The position numbers and the translations under genes were made by a program. The notes under the pieces are model-generated. The model was given only the letters and a program-made list of their open reading frames with translations. It ran no database searches and had not been told where the DNA came from. A stretch of 64,000 bases of DNA from Macrostomum hystrix (Eukaryota; Animalia; Platyhelminthes), in assembly GCA_950097015.1 (NCBI GenBank), contig CATNEN010000014.1:372001-436000 (forward strand), read 5' to 3'. Positions 1-13,900 of this stretch are shown here, piece by piece (within the stretch, counting starts at the first letter, position 1; every line of letters begins with the position of its first letter).

Positions 1-643
1 ATGCGGAAGGCTTAGCTAAGTCCATGTGCAGTCCACATTGCAAAGATATCCACCTGATAAAATTGTTGTCAAAGAGATATTTTTTAAATAGCAAGCAGCA
101 AAGCAATAAATAAAAAAATATCTGACAATATTTATACCTCATATTGTCAGTCTCATCTTTGCCTGAGGGAACATGGCCACATTAAATCTCTAGTCTCAAA
201 ACAGCCAGCAATTCTTGGACTGTTCACGCTATATGCAAAGTTGCTAGATGTGATCAAACATACAAATTTGTTATGAATAATATCAATTGATAAATGGAAA
301 TGGGATGTATGTGCAGAAGGATTGTATAAGCATGATAAGGCAGACTCACCAACCTTTAAGAAGACCACATAGGCAGAAAAATCTTATATTGGAAAGAAAA
401 TAAAATCATGCAAAGGGATTTCTGAAGATCTTCTGAAGCCAAGAAAGCCCACTTTAGATGAGAATTTCTAAAAAAGTACTTCACTTAATTGTGTGTCTGA
501 GGAGTCATTTTGTTGCAAGGACATGCATCAAGCAGTTGTAACAGTATCTAGTGAAATATTTTGACCCATGCCTTTAGGTGAGGCAGAGATAGGAGATAGA
601 AGTTTATTTCTTATGCAATATGCAGTTAGAATCGCAATGCTTA

Positions 644-1685
644 TTACCACGTGTGGGATCCCCTCGCACACAGAAGAGCTGTGACTCTGCGGGGCATCCC
701 CAAGATGAGGCGACGCAGAAAATCCTGGGGAAGTTGCTGCCAAGCGTTTGCAATGGCGTGACGCAGCTCCGCAACATTCTGTGGTGCATTCTCTTTTTGA
801 ATGCTGCTCTTCAGAAAGTCCCAGACATCTCGATTGGATTCATGTCCGGGGACCGGGAAGGCCAGCGCAGCGCAGAATGCGGATCTGTAGCTGCTGTTTC
901 ACTTGACCAACAGCATCGGCTCGGTGTGACGGCGCGTTATCATCCTGGAGAATGCACATGCCAACTCCTCCGAAAATAGCGTTGGCAAACGGTAGGAACC
1001 GAGTCTGCAGAAGATCTGCGTAACTATTAGCATTCACGTTGGCATCCAGGAAGACGATATCCGTCCTTGAATGTAGCGAGATGCTGGCCCAAACTGCACT
1101 GAGGCAGCCTGGCTCTCAGAGCACTGTACATGCTGCTGCAGCATCTCATGCCGATTCTCGCCAAACGCGGGTGCGACCATCTACTTGGAAAAGTCGGAAC
1201 CGGCTCTCGTCAGTGAGAACAACGCGTCGCCACTGCTGCTGCCTCCAGCGGACGCGCTGCATCGCCCACTGCTCTCAGCTGGCGATGTGGGCAGGACTGA
1301 GTCGAGGCCGCTTGCGCATCTTGCGAGAGCGGAGGCCGGCCTCCAGGATTTGACGTCGAACTGTCTGGGCGCTCAGGAGTCAGGATGCTTCCTGCTCTGC
1401 TTCTCTCACCCCACATCAGACGGAGCAGGGTGGCTGGCAGGGTGGGAGTTCGCCTTACTATTCGCAGCAGACGGCGATTTGCTCTGGCTGTTGAGCCACG
1501 GAGATCAAGACGCTGACTGCCTTTCCCAGCGCATTCCACGCTGCCAGTCTCACGGGACTTTGTCAGCCGTTTTCGAATTGCCGCTCGCGATCTTCAAACC
1601 TGCGAGCAACTTCGCTGATGGACACACCGACTTCCAGCTTTCCAACAGCACGCCATCGTTCAGCATTAGTCATCTGCCGGATCAT
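644..1685 (-). mobile_element. Decayed Tc1/mariner (DD34E, Tc1-like) transposase pseudogene
   Basis: Minus-strand pieces join across frameshifts. N-terminal HTH-like MIRQMTNAERWRAVGKLEVGVSISEVARRF from 1685; RRLLRIVRRTP; VLTDESRFRLFQVDGRTRVWR (D at about 1209-1211); LQDDNAPSHRA (about 940); WPSRSPDMNPIE (about 830-860); VWDFLKSSIQ...LILGMPRRVTALLCARGSHTW* (stop 644-646). Removing a 5-bp duplication (cgcag cgcag, 866-875) gives 34 residues between the second D and the E. No TIRs recognised. Confidence 0.9.
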
Positions 1686-2122
1686 TTTTGAAATCGTGTG
1701 TGTGTGGATTAGACTTAAAATTTGTCCTCCTAAAGTTACGCAGTTTTGTACCATTACACAGACCCAATCCCCCCAAGTAACAATAAGCTTCGCTGCGTGC
1801 CGCAAGTTGCGTCACTCACAATAAGTGAGAAAAATTCCATCTCGCTTGGAGGGTGGAACTTTGTACTGTTGCTGAGTATATGTCGCTTATAAGTTGGTTG
1901 GGGTGGGGCAGAGATGACCAACCTCTCAGGGGTAGAAAGTGTGCAAAACTAGTGTACATGTTGTACATAGGCATACTCATCTAGAAACAGGCATAACAAT
2001 TGGCAAAGCCTTCTCAACAGATTTATATATTGTATATCTATTTAGTTGATATATATAAGCTTTTACTGCGTAATCAGACTTTGATATAATTATTGCTGAT
2101 TTTAGTGCATGCTACTTGTTAA

Positions 2123-3903
<1,781 letters not shown>

Positions 3904-4682
3904 GGCCTTGGCCTTCCCTGCTGATCGGTTTCAAGAGGACCGGCCGGTCCTTCCAGGCTGCAGGCGGCTGCACTGCATCTTACAAAAGTTACAGACCTGC
4001 GGCTGCGCTCCCTGCTAAGCCTTTATCTCTGTCCGTCTCGCTTTAAATCCCATTCGGCCTTCGATTCGTCAGTTTTCTGTCTAGAGATTTTTTATTTATT
4101 AGTCCCTTCCAACTGTCTGTCCTTTTGTTTATCAGACCTTTCTGGTGAGTATTTTTGGCATATCGGCACCAGTCTGTATCCCCATCGTTCCGTCAGTTCT
4201 GTCCTGTACTGTGCAACCTGTTATTCTTAACTTCGCCTAATGATGTATCAAGCGCACTTATTATCTAGTCATACTGTCTGTGATCTGGGCTATGTAAATT
4301 AGCCTTTTAATTTTTGACACAGTCTGTTGATTTTCTAATCTACTAGCGGGTAGATATGCGTTCCGACACTAGTTTTTTTACCGTCTGCAATGCTTTTATT
4401 GGCATTCCATTGATATCAACCGCATTCTGTCAGTTTCAAGAGCTCTCTAGTCACTTTTTATCCGCATCCTTGCAACATTCTTAATGTACAATTTTTGTGC
4501 ACATAACCAACTGTCTGAGTATAGCTCGCTGAAATATAACTTTATCAGCCTAGCCTGGCAACTGACTTGCCTGATTTATCTCTTCATTTACTCAAGCAGT
4601 CTGAATTGTGGAGGGAACTATTAGGCCTGTCTTATTGAACTCGCTCCTGCAACAGAAGCGCACCATCTTGCAGCCTTCAGAT

Positions 4683-4946
4683 ATGAGTAGCGGCAACAGC
4701 AGCAGCAACAGCAGTGAGTTTGCTCGCAGCCAGATGCGCCGCATGGATGGCATGAACCGAGCCAGGGCCGGCTACTTCCTGCGCAGCCGGTCACACTCGC
4801 TGGCTCTGCTGCTTGGCCTCGGCGGTCTCGTCTGCGGAATTTACTCCTTTACCCTGCTGCGCATGCGGCAAGATGACCTAGCGCATGATCCAGACTTCAC
4901 CAGCCTGCCACCCGACATGCAGCAGCCTGACCGCAGGGCTGCCTGA
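4683..4946 (+). CDS. COA3: Cytochrome c oxidase assembly factor 3-like (COA3/CCDC56), 87 aa, single TM helix
   Basis: GC-rich ORF from ATG 4683. Basic stretch followed by LALLLGLGGLVCGIYSFTLLRMRQDD, resembling the COA3 pattern R..N..GLG..LV..IY.YT....Q. Recognised by eye only. Confidence 0.65.
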   Translation: MSSGNSSSNSSEFARSQMRRMDGMNRARAGYFLRSRSHSLALLLGLGGLVCGIYSFTLLRMRQDDLAHDPDFTSLPPDMQQPDRRAA

Positions 4947-5543
4947 GTTATTACCGCCTTCAATTTCGCTCTCATTCTCATTTGCTGGCTTTTCTGTCTG
5001 AAGAAGCTTATTTTCAAAGATTTAGAAAGATCGCTTCGTCATATATATTATCATTTAGTAGCACTGCAACAATGAAGCCCGACTGCGATTGTTCCAATCC
5101 CTTCCTCAGCTAGCCATCCATGCTGCTTAGCTACTGATCTGCTTGTTACTACAGTAACTAGCTAGTTTCTTTGTCTTGTATGCAGCGAGTTGTGCTGCTT
5201 CAAGCACAACTGGACTGTCTGCATTTCGCTCTTGTTCTGCCCTTTCATAATGTAAAACATGTAAAACAGCACAACCTTTAATTGGCCACCAACAGTTAAA
5301 TAAACAGTGTAGCATAGCCGTCTGTTTCTTCAAAGCGTCAGTTGTTGTGACATTGTCTGTTCATTTTGAAAGTCTAAGACTCCATTTAGAACTACGAGTA
5401 TTTGATCAGGATTGTCTATTACAATTCCCCTGAACTCGCTATAGTTACCTTAGTTATCATAAAGTGCATTTAGTCAACGGAAACTGAAATGGGTGCAGTG
5501 GAAACTGAAAATCTAGTATTGCCGTCCTTCCGCAGCGCCCGCA

Positions 5544-6975
5544 ATGACTTCTGGCATCGAGTGTCTGTCTCTGAAGACTGAGGATGCGCGCCTCATGGTC
5601 GCCGCCCAGGCCCATCTGGGCAACCGGAACACGGACGTCCAGATGGAGCCCTACGTGTTCGGCACAACCAAGGCTGGCATCAGCGTCTTTAACATCCGCA
5701 AGACTTGGGAGAAAATAGTGCTGGCCGCCAGGGCCATCGCCGCTGTGGAGAACCCAGCTGATGTCTTTGCCGTGGCCGGCACTGCTCATGCTCAGCGGGC
5801 CGTGCTCAAGTTCGCCAGGTACACCGGAGCCACTGCTATCGCTGGCCGATTCACTCCGGGAACCTACACCAACCAGATCCAGGTCAGTGCATGGGGTCAC
5901 TCCTGACACTCCCTCACCACCAGATCCAGGTCAGTGCATGGGGTCACTCCTGACACTCCCTCACCACCAGATCCAGGTCAGTGCATGGGGTCACTCCTGA
6001 CACTCCCTCACCACCAGATCCAGGTCAGTGCATGGGGTCAATCCTGACACTCCCTCACCACCAGATCCAGGTCAGTGCATGGGGTCAATCCTGACACTCC
6101 CTCACCACCAGATCCAGGTCAGTGCATGGGGTCAATCCTGACACTCCCTCACCACCAGATCCAGGTCAGTGCATGGGGTCAATCCTGACACTCCCTCACC
6201 ATCAGATCCAGGTCAGTGCATGGGGTCACTCCTGACACTCCCTCAACTTCAGACACAGTTAAACGAACTTCTTTTTTCACTCAACTCGAAATTACAGGCC
6301 GCCTTCCGCGAGCCCCGACTGCTGATTGTTAGCTGCCCGCGCCAGGACCACCAGTCCGTGACGGAGGCTCGCTACGTGAACCTGCCGGTCATTGCGCTGT
6401 GCAACTCGGACGCCAGCCTGCGTCACGTTGACCTTGCCGTGCCCTGCAACAATGTTGGCGTAAACAGCATCGGCCTCATTTGGTGGCTTCTTACTAGACA
6501 GGTGCTAATCTCTATGAGTTGTTATACGCTCGTACAAACGCTTGTGTATTTGCCTATTGTCTTTATTGCGCATCATTTATTCGTAGCGCTAATATTTGAA
6601 ACTTACCATCATCTTTGGGTTCATTCCCTTCACTCTTATTATGCACAGGTGCTCCGCATTCGCGGCACGATCCCATACGACACCGAATGGGACGTGATGC
6701 CCGATCTGTTCTTTTATCGGACCCCCGAGGAACAGGAAAAGGAACAGAAGACCGAGGAGGAGCAGGTGGACACGAGTGTTCTTGCCGCCGCGCCCGGCGC
6801 CGAGTTCGCTGCTGCAATTGCTGCTCCGGCCGAGGAATGGGGGGAGCCAATCACTGCTCCGGCCGCTACCGTCGGTGGCTTCGGTGGTGCTGGCTTCGAC
6901 CAGCAGGCGGCTTCGGGTGGTATCTCTGACTGGGGTGCCGCCGTTGCTGCTGCTGAAGGACAGAGCGCCTGGTAA
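5544..6975 (+). CDS. RPSA: 40S ribosomal protein SA (uS2), 3 exons, 289 aa
   Basis: Exons 5544-5882, 6298-6501, 6649-6975. [41 protein letters not shown]|[25 protein letters not shown]|[21 protein letters not shown], acidic/Ala-rich tail. AATAAA at about 7063. Confidence 0.97.
5872..6245. repeat. 47-bp minisatellite containing the RPSA exon 1/intron 1 donor
   Basis: Unit accagatccag|gtcagtgcatggggtcactcctgacactccctcacc; copies start at 5872, 5919, 5966, 6013, 6060, 6107, 6154 and 6201. Confidence 0.97.
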
Positions 6976-7957
6976 AGGACAGTTTGTTGAAAAGTGACTT
7001 CTGGTAGTGTGTTATTGTCTTGCGAAGTTTTCAATAGCTGGTTAGTGATCTGGTATGAACTAAATAAATTCAAAATAAATCGCTGCTCACGGCTGGTAGC
7101 GATCATTGTGACTCAATCTGAGTTGGCGTGGATTCCGCTTTGGATGGATGAAACCGTTCTTTTTGCATTTAATTGTGTACTTTTTTGTATAAAACTTTTC
7201 GTTATGTAACTGCAAAATATTCGTTGACCTAATTCGCAAATTTAGTTGCTTAAGCGCTTGCGCATTCGATGAAATGCATACAGTGCACTATTAAATTTAC
7301 AAATATGCGACCAAACTGGCTTTGATATCAAATTGTGTCAAGTAATATGAATTCTATCGGATCGGTTTGTGTTAATCGACGTTTAGTCAACATTGTGGTT
7401 TCGATACCACATTAAGTAAGCTCCTGGAATTCACTAGTCGAGTGCGTTGTCCACTTGAGCAGTTAGGCAAAATTTTCCCGTTTTAATATGCGAATGTGTT
7501 GATGAAGAGTACAAATAGACTATTAACGATAAAAAATTGGTTCAAAGTTCTTGCTGCCCAATATGCTTGAAGTTTTTTAAACGAATAATCACCATTTTGG
7601 CTTTCATTGGCAATCGAGTTGCTATTTGGTACCAAAGTAAATGAGTAACTCGTTTAATCTAATCATATATATAAAAATTAATATTTTTCAAACAAAAAAT
7701 ATTTCTGTATATATGTTTCCGGTAAACAAACAAAAGACTCCGTAAACGTTAAAGCTGGTGCTTAGGTTTGTTTTTCTATTAAAAAATTGAAGCTTGCTTG
7801 CGTAATTTTAACTTCGCTATTTCTTTGATAATTTTTCCGTGCTACGTTCGACTGTAAATTAAAACGAACACTACTTTTCTTTTATGCGCGAGATAAAAAT
7901 GATCATAGATATACTTAAACGTTACTTGGGTCCTTCTTGAAATTTGGCTGTCCAAAG

Positions 7958-10900
7958 ATGGCAAGTACTCGAGAAGAAGATGGCTACTCATCTTTAGAAC
8001 GGCTTGAATATGCCATTAAAGAAGAAATACAACGTTTCGAAAGTGTTCATCCCTGTATTTATGCCATATACGACTTGATTGAAGCAATCAATAATAGAGA
8101 GTTAAGAGACACAATTCATAACAACCTTGTCACTATAGAGGGTGAGTATCATATCGAATTCGGCCTACGAAGTTAATGTTTAATTCTTCTTACCATATTA
8201 TAGTAGTCTAGCAAAGCTGCTATACTATAGCAGTTTTTGCTTCATTGCAGAATTATTATAAATTTATTTTCTTAAAACTATATTTTTCTAATAAACTGAC
8301 TTTTCTGTATTCATTTAGGTGATATAGTTTATTAAAAAAATACTTTTTTATTTCTTTTTTTTGTTTAGAAAAGTCTCATTAATTAACAAAAAGTATACAA
8401 TCAAGGGCACTATTGGAAAATATAGAAAGTATTACCTCTTTCCTCGTGTAAAGCAGATAGTTTTATCTAGATATTTTAATGTCGAAAATTTTCCTTGTTA
8501 ATGCTTTAACCGTTTTTGTAACTTGGAAGCTGATAAAAAACTTATAAGTATACCTTATGACTTACATAAATAATCAGGCTACAGCCTTTATTTGTACCTT
8601 CACATTCATATTAGGTAAAGGCTAATAAGCTATTTTCAAAATAATAAAACTGAACAATTTTTTATGTTGAAGATTTTTTTCCAGGGTACTTAGGAAAAAA
8701 TGAGGATTTGCAGATAAATTAATTGCATACTATATGCTATATAGAAATTAAGTGTTAAAATATTACATTGTCAGGAAATTGGAATGGCCTTACCATTCTG
8801 ATATGGTAGTTCTTATATTAATTAAAACTATTGTCAAACATTTACTGCTGTTATTTTTGGCCCAGAGGTGCAAAGTCAGTTAGAAGCGCGAGGGAGCTAT
8901 GAACCACATACTGAACAAGCATTCCATAAACCAATCTTTTTAGACACATTCGTTAACAGCCAGGAGTGGACCCTTAATCGGAACGTTCGAGAATTGAAAA
9001 TCGTAAGGCGCTGCAAATTTTTTCTTAAATTTATCTTTATGTGCCGTAATTATCGTTTGATACTTGAGCATCTGTTTGACTCAAATAGCACTTTGCATTG
9101 ATTTATGTATCTAAAATGGCCAGGCGGGCAATGCGTCGTGAGTGAGAGAGTTCGAGTGGCAGAGTAGCTACAAGCATGAGATAATCTGCTTGTTTGAATA
9201 GCTCCAACCTGACTTATTTTACAGGGCCTGCTGGGAAGCGCGGACTCGGGCAAGTCGGCCCTCGTGCATCGCTTCCTCACAGGCAGCTTCCTGCAGGATG
9301 CCTCTCCGGAAGGTGAGGCCCGCCGATTGTCGGACTGGCAGCTTCTTTGATCTTCTTGTCTATGGCTAGAGCCCGGGGACTGTGGTCGTCAATCTCCCTG
9401 TCTTTTATCTCCTGTCCTTTCCACCGATAGCATTTCCAGGGCCTGGCCAAACATCTGTTGCCAGACCTCTGAACTCTAAAGGTTTCGGCAATTTGTGCGA
9501 AGACAGACACTGTGCGGCCCTGCTGACTCATCTTCTTTCTCAAATGTCATTTAGCACCCAGGCTGCTGCCGCTGCCTCCACCAAAGCCGATAGTTTAGTT
9601 GAACGCCTGTCCCTCTCCCTCCGTTAAACTTTCGCAGGCTTCCCCTTCACACCGAATCCCCAGCTGTGCAGCCGTTCGCGGCCGATGCGGGTCACCGGCC
9701 CTCCGCCCCCCGTCTCGCTGCAGTGTAAACAAATCTCGCTGGTACTGGAATGCACTGGCCAGCTCTGCTGCCTTGCAAGCCATGCGAATTCTTTCCAGTA
9801 CAATGGCTGACTTGGGTCAGGTGGCTGTGTCCATGACCTGCAGCATGCGAGTGCTGCGCGGATATCCCATTTTCCCAGTCCCTGGACTCCAACTCTACTG
9901 CCTCACAGTGGGAAAACTCGTTGCGAATTTAATGTGGAGTCTGGCAACAGCAGAGCAGAGAACAGTTGATCCAAGTGTCCGATTACAATTCGATTAAGCC
10001 ATTCGTACTAGCCCACTAGGGTGTCCGCAATTAGTTATGCATGTTCGCTCGTAAGAGCGAATAATTCTACTTTGAGTAGCGTTGTCAGGGTGTTTTTTAA
10101 ACCTCACCAATTTAGCGCTCAGATTTTCAATAACTATTCCCTCAAGCATTGTCCTTTATGGATGTCTTTAACCCATACATACTAGTATTTCTATACACAG
10201 ACCTGCGTTCCCCCCCACAGACCTGCATTTCCCATCCACACAGACCTGCGTTCCCCCCCACAGACCTGCGTTTCCCATCCACACAGACCTGCGTTCCCCC
10301 CCACAGACCTGCGTTTCCCCCCCCCACAGACCTGCATTTCCCATCCACACAGACCTGCGTTTCCCCCCCACAGACCTGCATTTCCATCCACACAGACCTG
10401 CATTTGCCCCACACAGACCTGATGTTTCCCCAGACACAGGCCTGTATTTCCCACACACAGACCTGTATTTCCCACACACTGACCTGTATTTCCCACACAC
10501 AGACCTGTATTTCCCACACACAGACCTGTATTTCCCACACACTGACCTGTATTTCCCACACACAGACCTGTATTTGCCCCACACAGACCTGTATTTCCCA
10601 CACACAGACCTGTATTTCCCACACACTGACCTGTATTTCCCACACACTGACCTGTATTTGCCCCACACAGACCTGTATTTGCCCCACACAGACCTGTATT
10701 TGCCCCACACAGACCTGTATTTGCCCCCACACAGACCTGTATTTGCCCCACACAGACCTGTATTTGCCCCACACAGACCTGTATTTCCCACACACAGTCC
10801 TGTATTTGCCCCCACACAGACCTGTATTTCCCACACACAGTCCTGTATTTGCCCCACACAGACCTGTATTTGCCCCCACACAGACCTGTATTTGCCCCCA

Positions 10901-13900
10901 CACAGACCTGTATTTGCCCCACACAGACCTGTATTTGCCCCCACACAGTACTGTATTTCCCACACACAGCATTGCCACCCTCTACCCCAACGCAGGCGGC
11001 CGCTTCAAATGCTGCATTCGTCTCTCCGGCTCCCCGCACCTGGCGCTGATCCGCGACGAGGCCGAGCCGCCCAGCCCGCAGTTCGCTGTCTGGTGCGATG
11101 TCTGCCTGCTGGTGTTCGCCGCCGGCCGTCCAGACAGCCTGGTGGCAGTGGCCGAGCAGCGCCGCCGGCTGGTCGAGCTGCGGGGACTGTCCAGCTTGCC
11201 GCTCATTGTAGTCTGCATGCTGGGTGAGCCCGCCCCACCGGTTGCTAGGCAACGCTCAGCGGCTGTTCTGCGGAATCCAAGCCGCTGAGAACTTCTGCCC
11301 ACTGACTTTTCATTCACCCTAATCCTCCCATTCCAGACTCGGCCAGCGATTCCCGGACGGCGGCGGAGGCGATGTCCAGGCGACAGGCGACGGCCGCGGC
11401 CCAACTGGAGCTGCAGGTGGAGGACATGGTGTACTTTGAGGCCAGCGCCGCCACGGGCTACAACGTAGAGCGGCTCTTTACCGAGGGTGAGGATGACGCC
11501 TGAGCCCCCTGCGCTGTGAAGCACTTAGCAAAATTTAATCTCCACCCGCTCACCTCATTCTACGAGTGCATCATAATTTACGGTTTATGTTCCGAGTGCC
11601 CTACTAATAGTAGGTGGATCTACTATTAGTAGATAGCCCTGCTTTAGATATCGCTTGTATTTCCATACAATCCCATACTCTCCCAATCCCTCTAACTCCC
11701 ACGATCTTCTTCCACTCATTCTCTCCCAATCCCCTTCTCCCCTACTCCCCCACTCCCTTTAACTCCCACGATCTTCTCCCACTCTCATTCTCTCCCAATC
11801 CCCTTCTACCCTACTCCCCCACTCTCTTTAACTCCCACGCTTTTCTCCCACTCTCATTTTCTCCTAATGCCCTTTTTCCCTTTTTACTTTCTCCCCTACT
11901 CCCATTCTTTCCCATTCCCCTTCTTCCCCGTTCCCCTTCTTCCCCATTCCCCTTCTTCCCCATTCCCCTTCTTCCCCATTCCCCTTCTTCCCCATTCCTC
12001 TTCTTCCCCATTCCCCTTCTTCCCCATTCCTCTTCTTCCCATTCCCCTTCTTCCCCATTGCCCTTCTTCCCCATTCCCCTTCTTCCCCATTCCCCTTCTT
12101 CCCCATTCCCCTTCTTCCCCATTCCCCTTTCTTCCCCATTCCCCTTCTTCCCCATTCCACTTCTTCCGATTTTCCGTTCTCTCCCATTCCCCCTCTTCAC
12201 ATTTACTTTCTCCCCTACTCCCCTTCTTCCCTATTCGCCTTTTCCCCACTCCTTTTCTCACTCCACTACCCTTCTCTCCCATTCTCCTCTCTTTCACTCC
12301 CCCGTTTCCCCTCTGCTAAACTGTGCGGCGCGCTGTCCCATGGCTGCGCCCAGGCCCGTGCTCCCAGTCCTTGAGTTGCCCGTCAGTGTCAAGTTTTCCA
12401 CCCGAGCGGGGACTTCAATTGCATTCTCGAGTGTCAATATCGGGCATGCCGCCCGCAGTGTGTTTCGCGCTGGTGTGAAATATCGCACTGGATTTTACTG
12501 CAGGGCGAATAAGTCCCGCCCAGGCGGCACTGGAGGGCAGGGTGTCTCTCCGCTGAGCGATCCCATACGGTGGGATATTCTGTTGCAAGGTTTCCCCTTA
12601 CCTGAGTGTAATAATCCCATTCGCCTCTGTCAATAACAGAAATATGAAATCATGCAAGAAGGAGGAAAAATGAAGCCTTGCAACAACTGCCGACCCAAAG
12701 GGCTGCCTTCATTAGTTTTTAGCTGAGCTTCGAGAGAACAAAACCTTTTTCAGACCTGTGAGCTCCATTGTATGGGCTTGCACCAGCTGGGAAGAGCTGA
12801 TCATAATTTGCGACGATTGAGAACAGTGAAAAACTGCGAGCTCTAGTCTGGGATTTGGCGATTGAACACCACTTACAGGGACAGTTGAGACTGTGAGACT
12901 GTGAGATTGTGAGACTGTGAGACTGTGAGATTGTGAGACTGTGAGACTGTGAGACTGTGAGACTGTGAGATTGTGAGACTGTGAGATTGTGAGACTGTGA
13001 GATTGTGAGACTGTGAGACTGTGAGACTGTGAGACTGTGAGATTGTGAGACTGTGAGATTGTGAGACTGTGAGATTGTGAGACTGTGAGACTGTGAGACT
13101 GTGAGACTGTGAGACTGTGAGACTGTGAGACTGTGAGATTGTGAGACTGTGAGATTGTGAGACTGTGAGACTGTGAGACTGTGAGACTGAGTCTGTGAGA
13201 CTGTGAGACTGTGAGATTGTGAGACTGTGAGACTGTGAGACAGTGAGACTGAGTCTGTGAGACTGTGAGACTGTGAGACTGTGAGATTGTGAGACTGTGA
13301 GACTGTGAGATTGCGAGACTGTGAGACTGTGAGATTGTGAGACTGTGAGACTGTGAGACTGTGAGACTGAGTCTGTGAGACTGTGAGACTGTGAGACTGT
13401 GAGACTGAGTCTGTGAGACTGTGAGACTGTGAGACTGTGAGATTGTGAGACTGTGAGACTGTGAGATTGCGAGACTGTGAGACTGTGAGATTGTGAGACT
13501 GTGAGACTGAGTCTGTGAGACTGTGAGACTGTGAGACTGTGAGATTGTGAGACTGTGAGACTGTGAGATTGCGAGACTGTGAGACTGTGAGATTGTGAGA
13601 CTGTGAGACTGTGAGATTGCGAGACTGTGAGACTGTGAGATTGTGAGATTGCGAGACTGTGAGACTGTGAGATTGTGAGACTGTGAGACTGTGAGACTGT
13701 GAGACTGTGAGACTGAGTCTGTGAGTCTGTGAGACTGTGAGACTGTGAGATTGCGAGACTGTGAGACTGTGAGATTGTGAGACTGTGAGACTGTGAGATT
13801 GCGAGACTGTGAGACTGTGAGATTGTGAGACTGTGACAGTGAGGCAAAAGACAGTGGCAGTGAGGCAGGAGACAGTGGCAGTGAGGCAGGAGACAGTGGC

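Noticed and set aside
1700-1900. Terminal inverted repeat of the Tc1 element
   Set aside because: No matching inverted copy was found on the other side (about 450-640).
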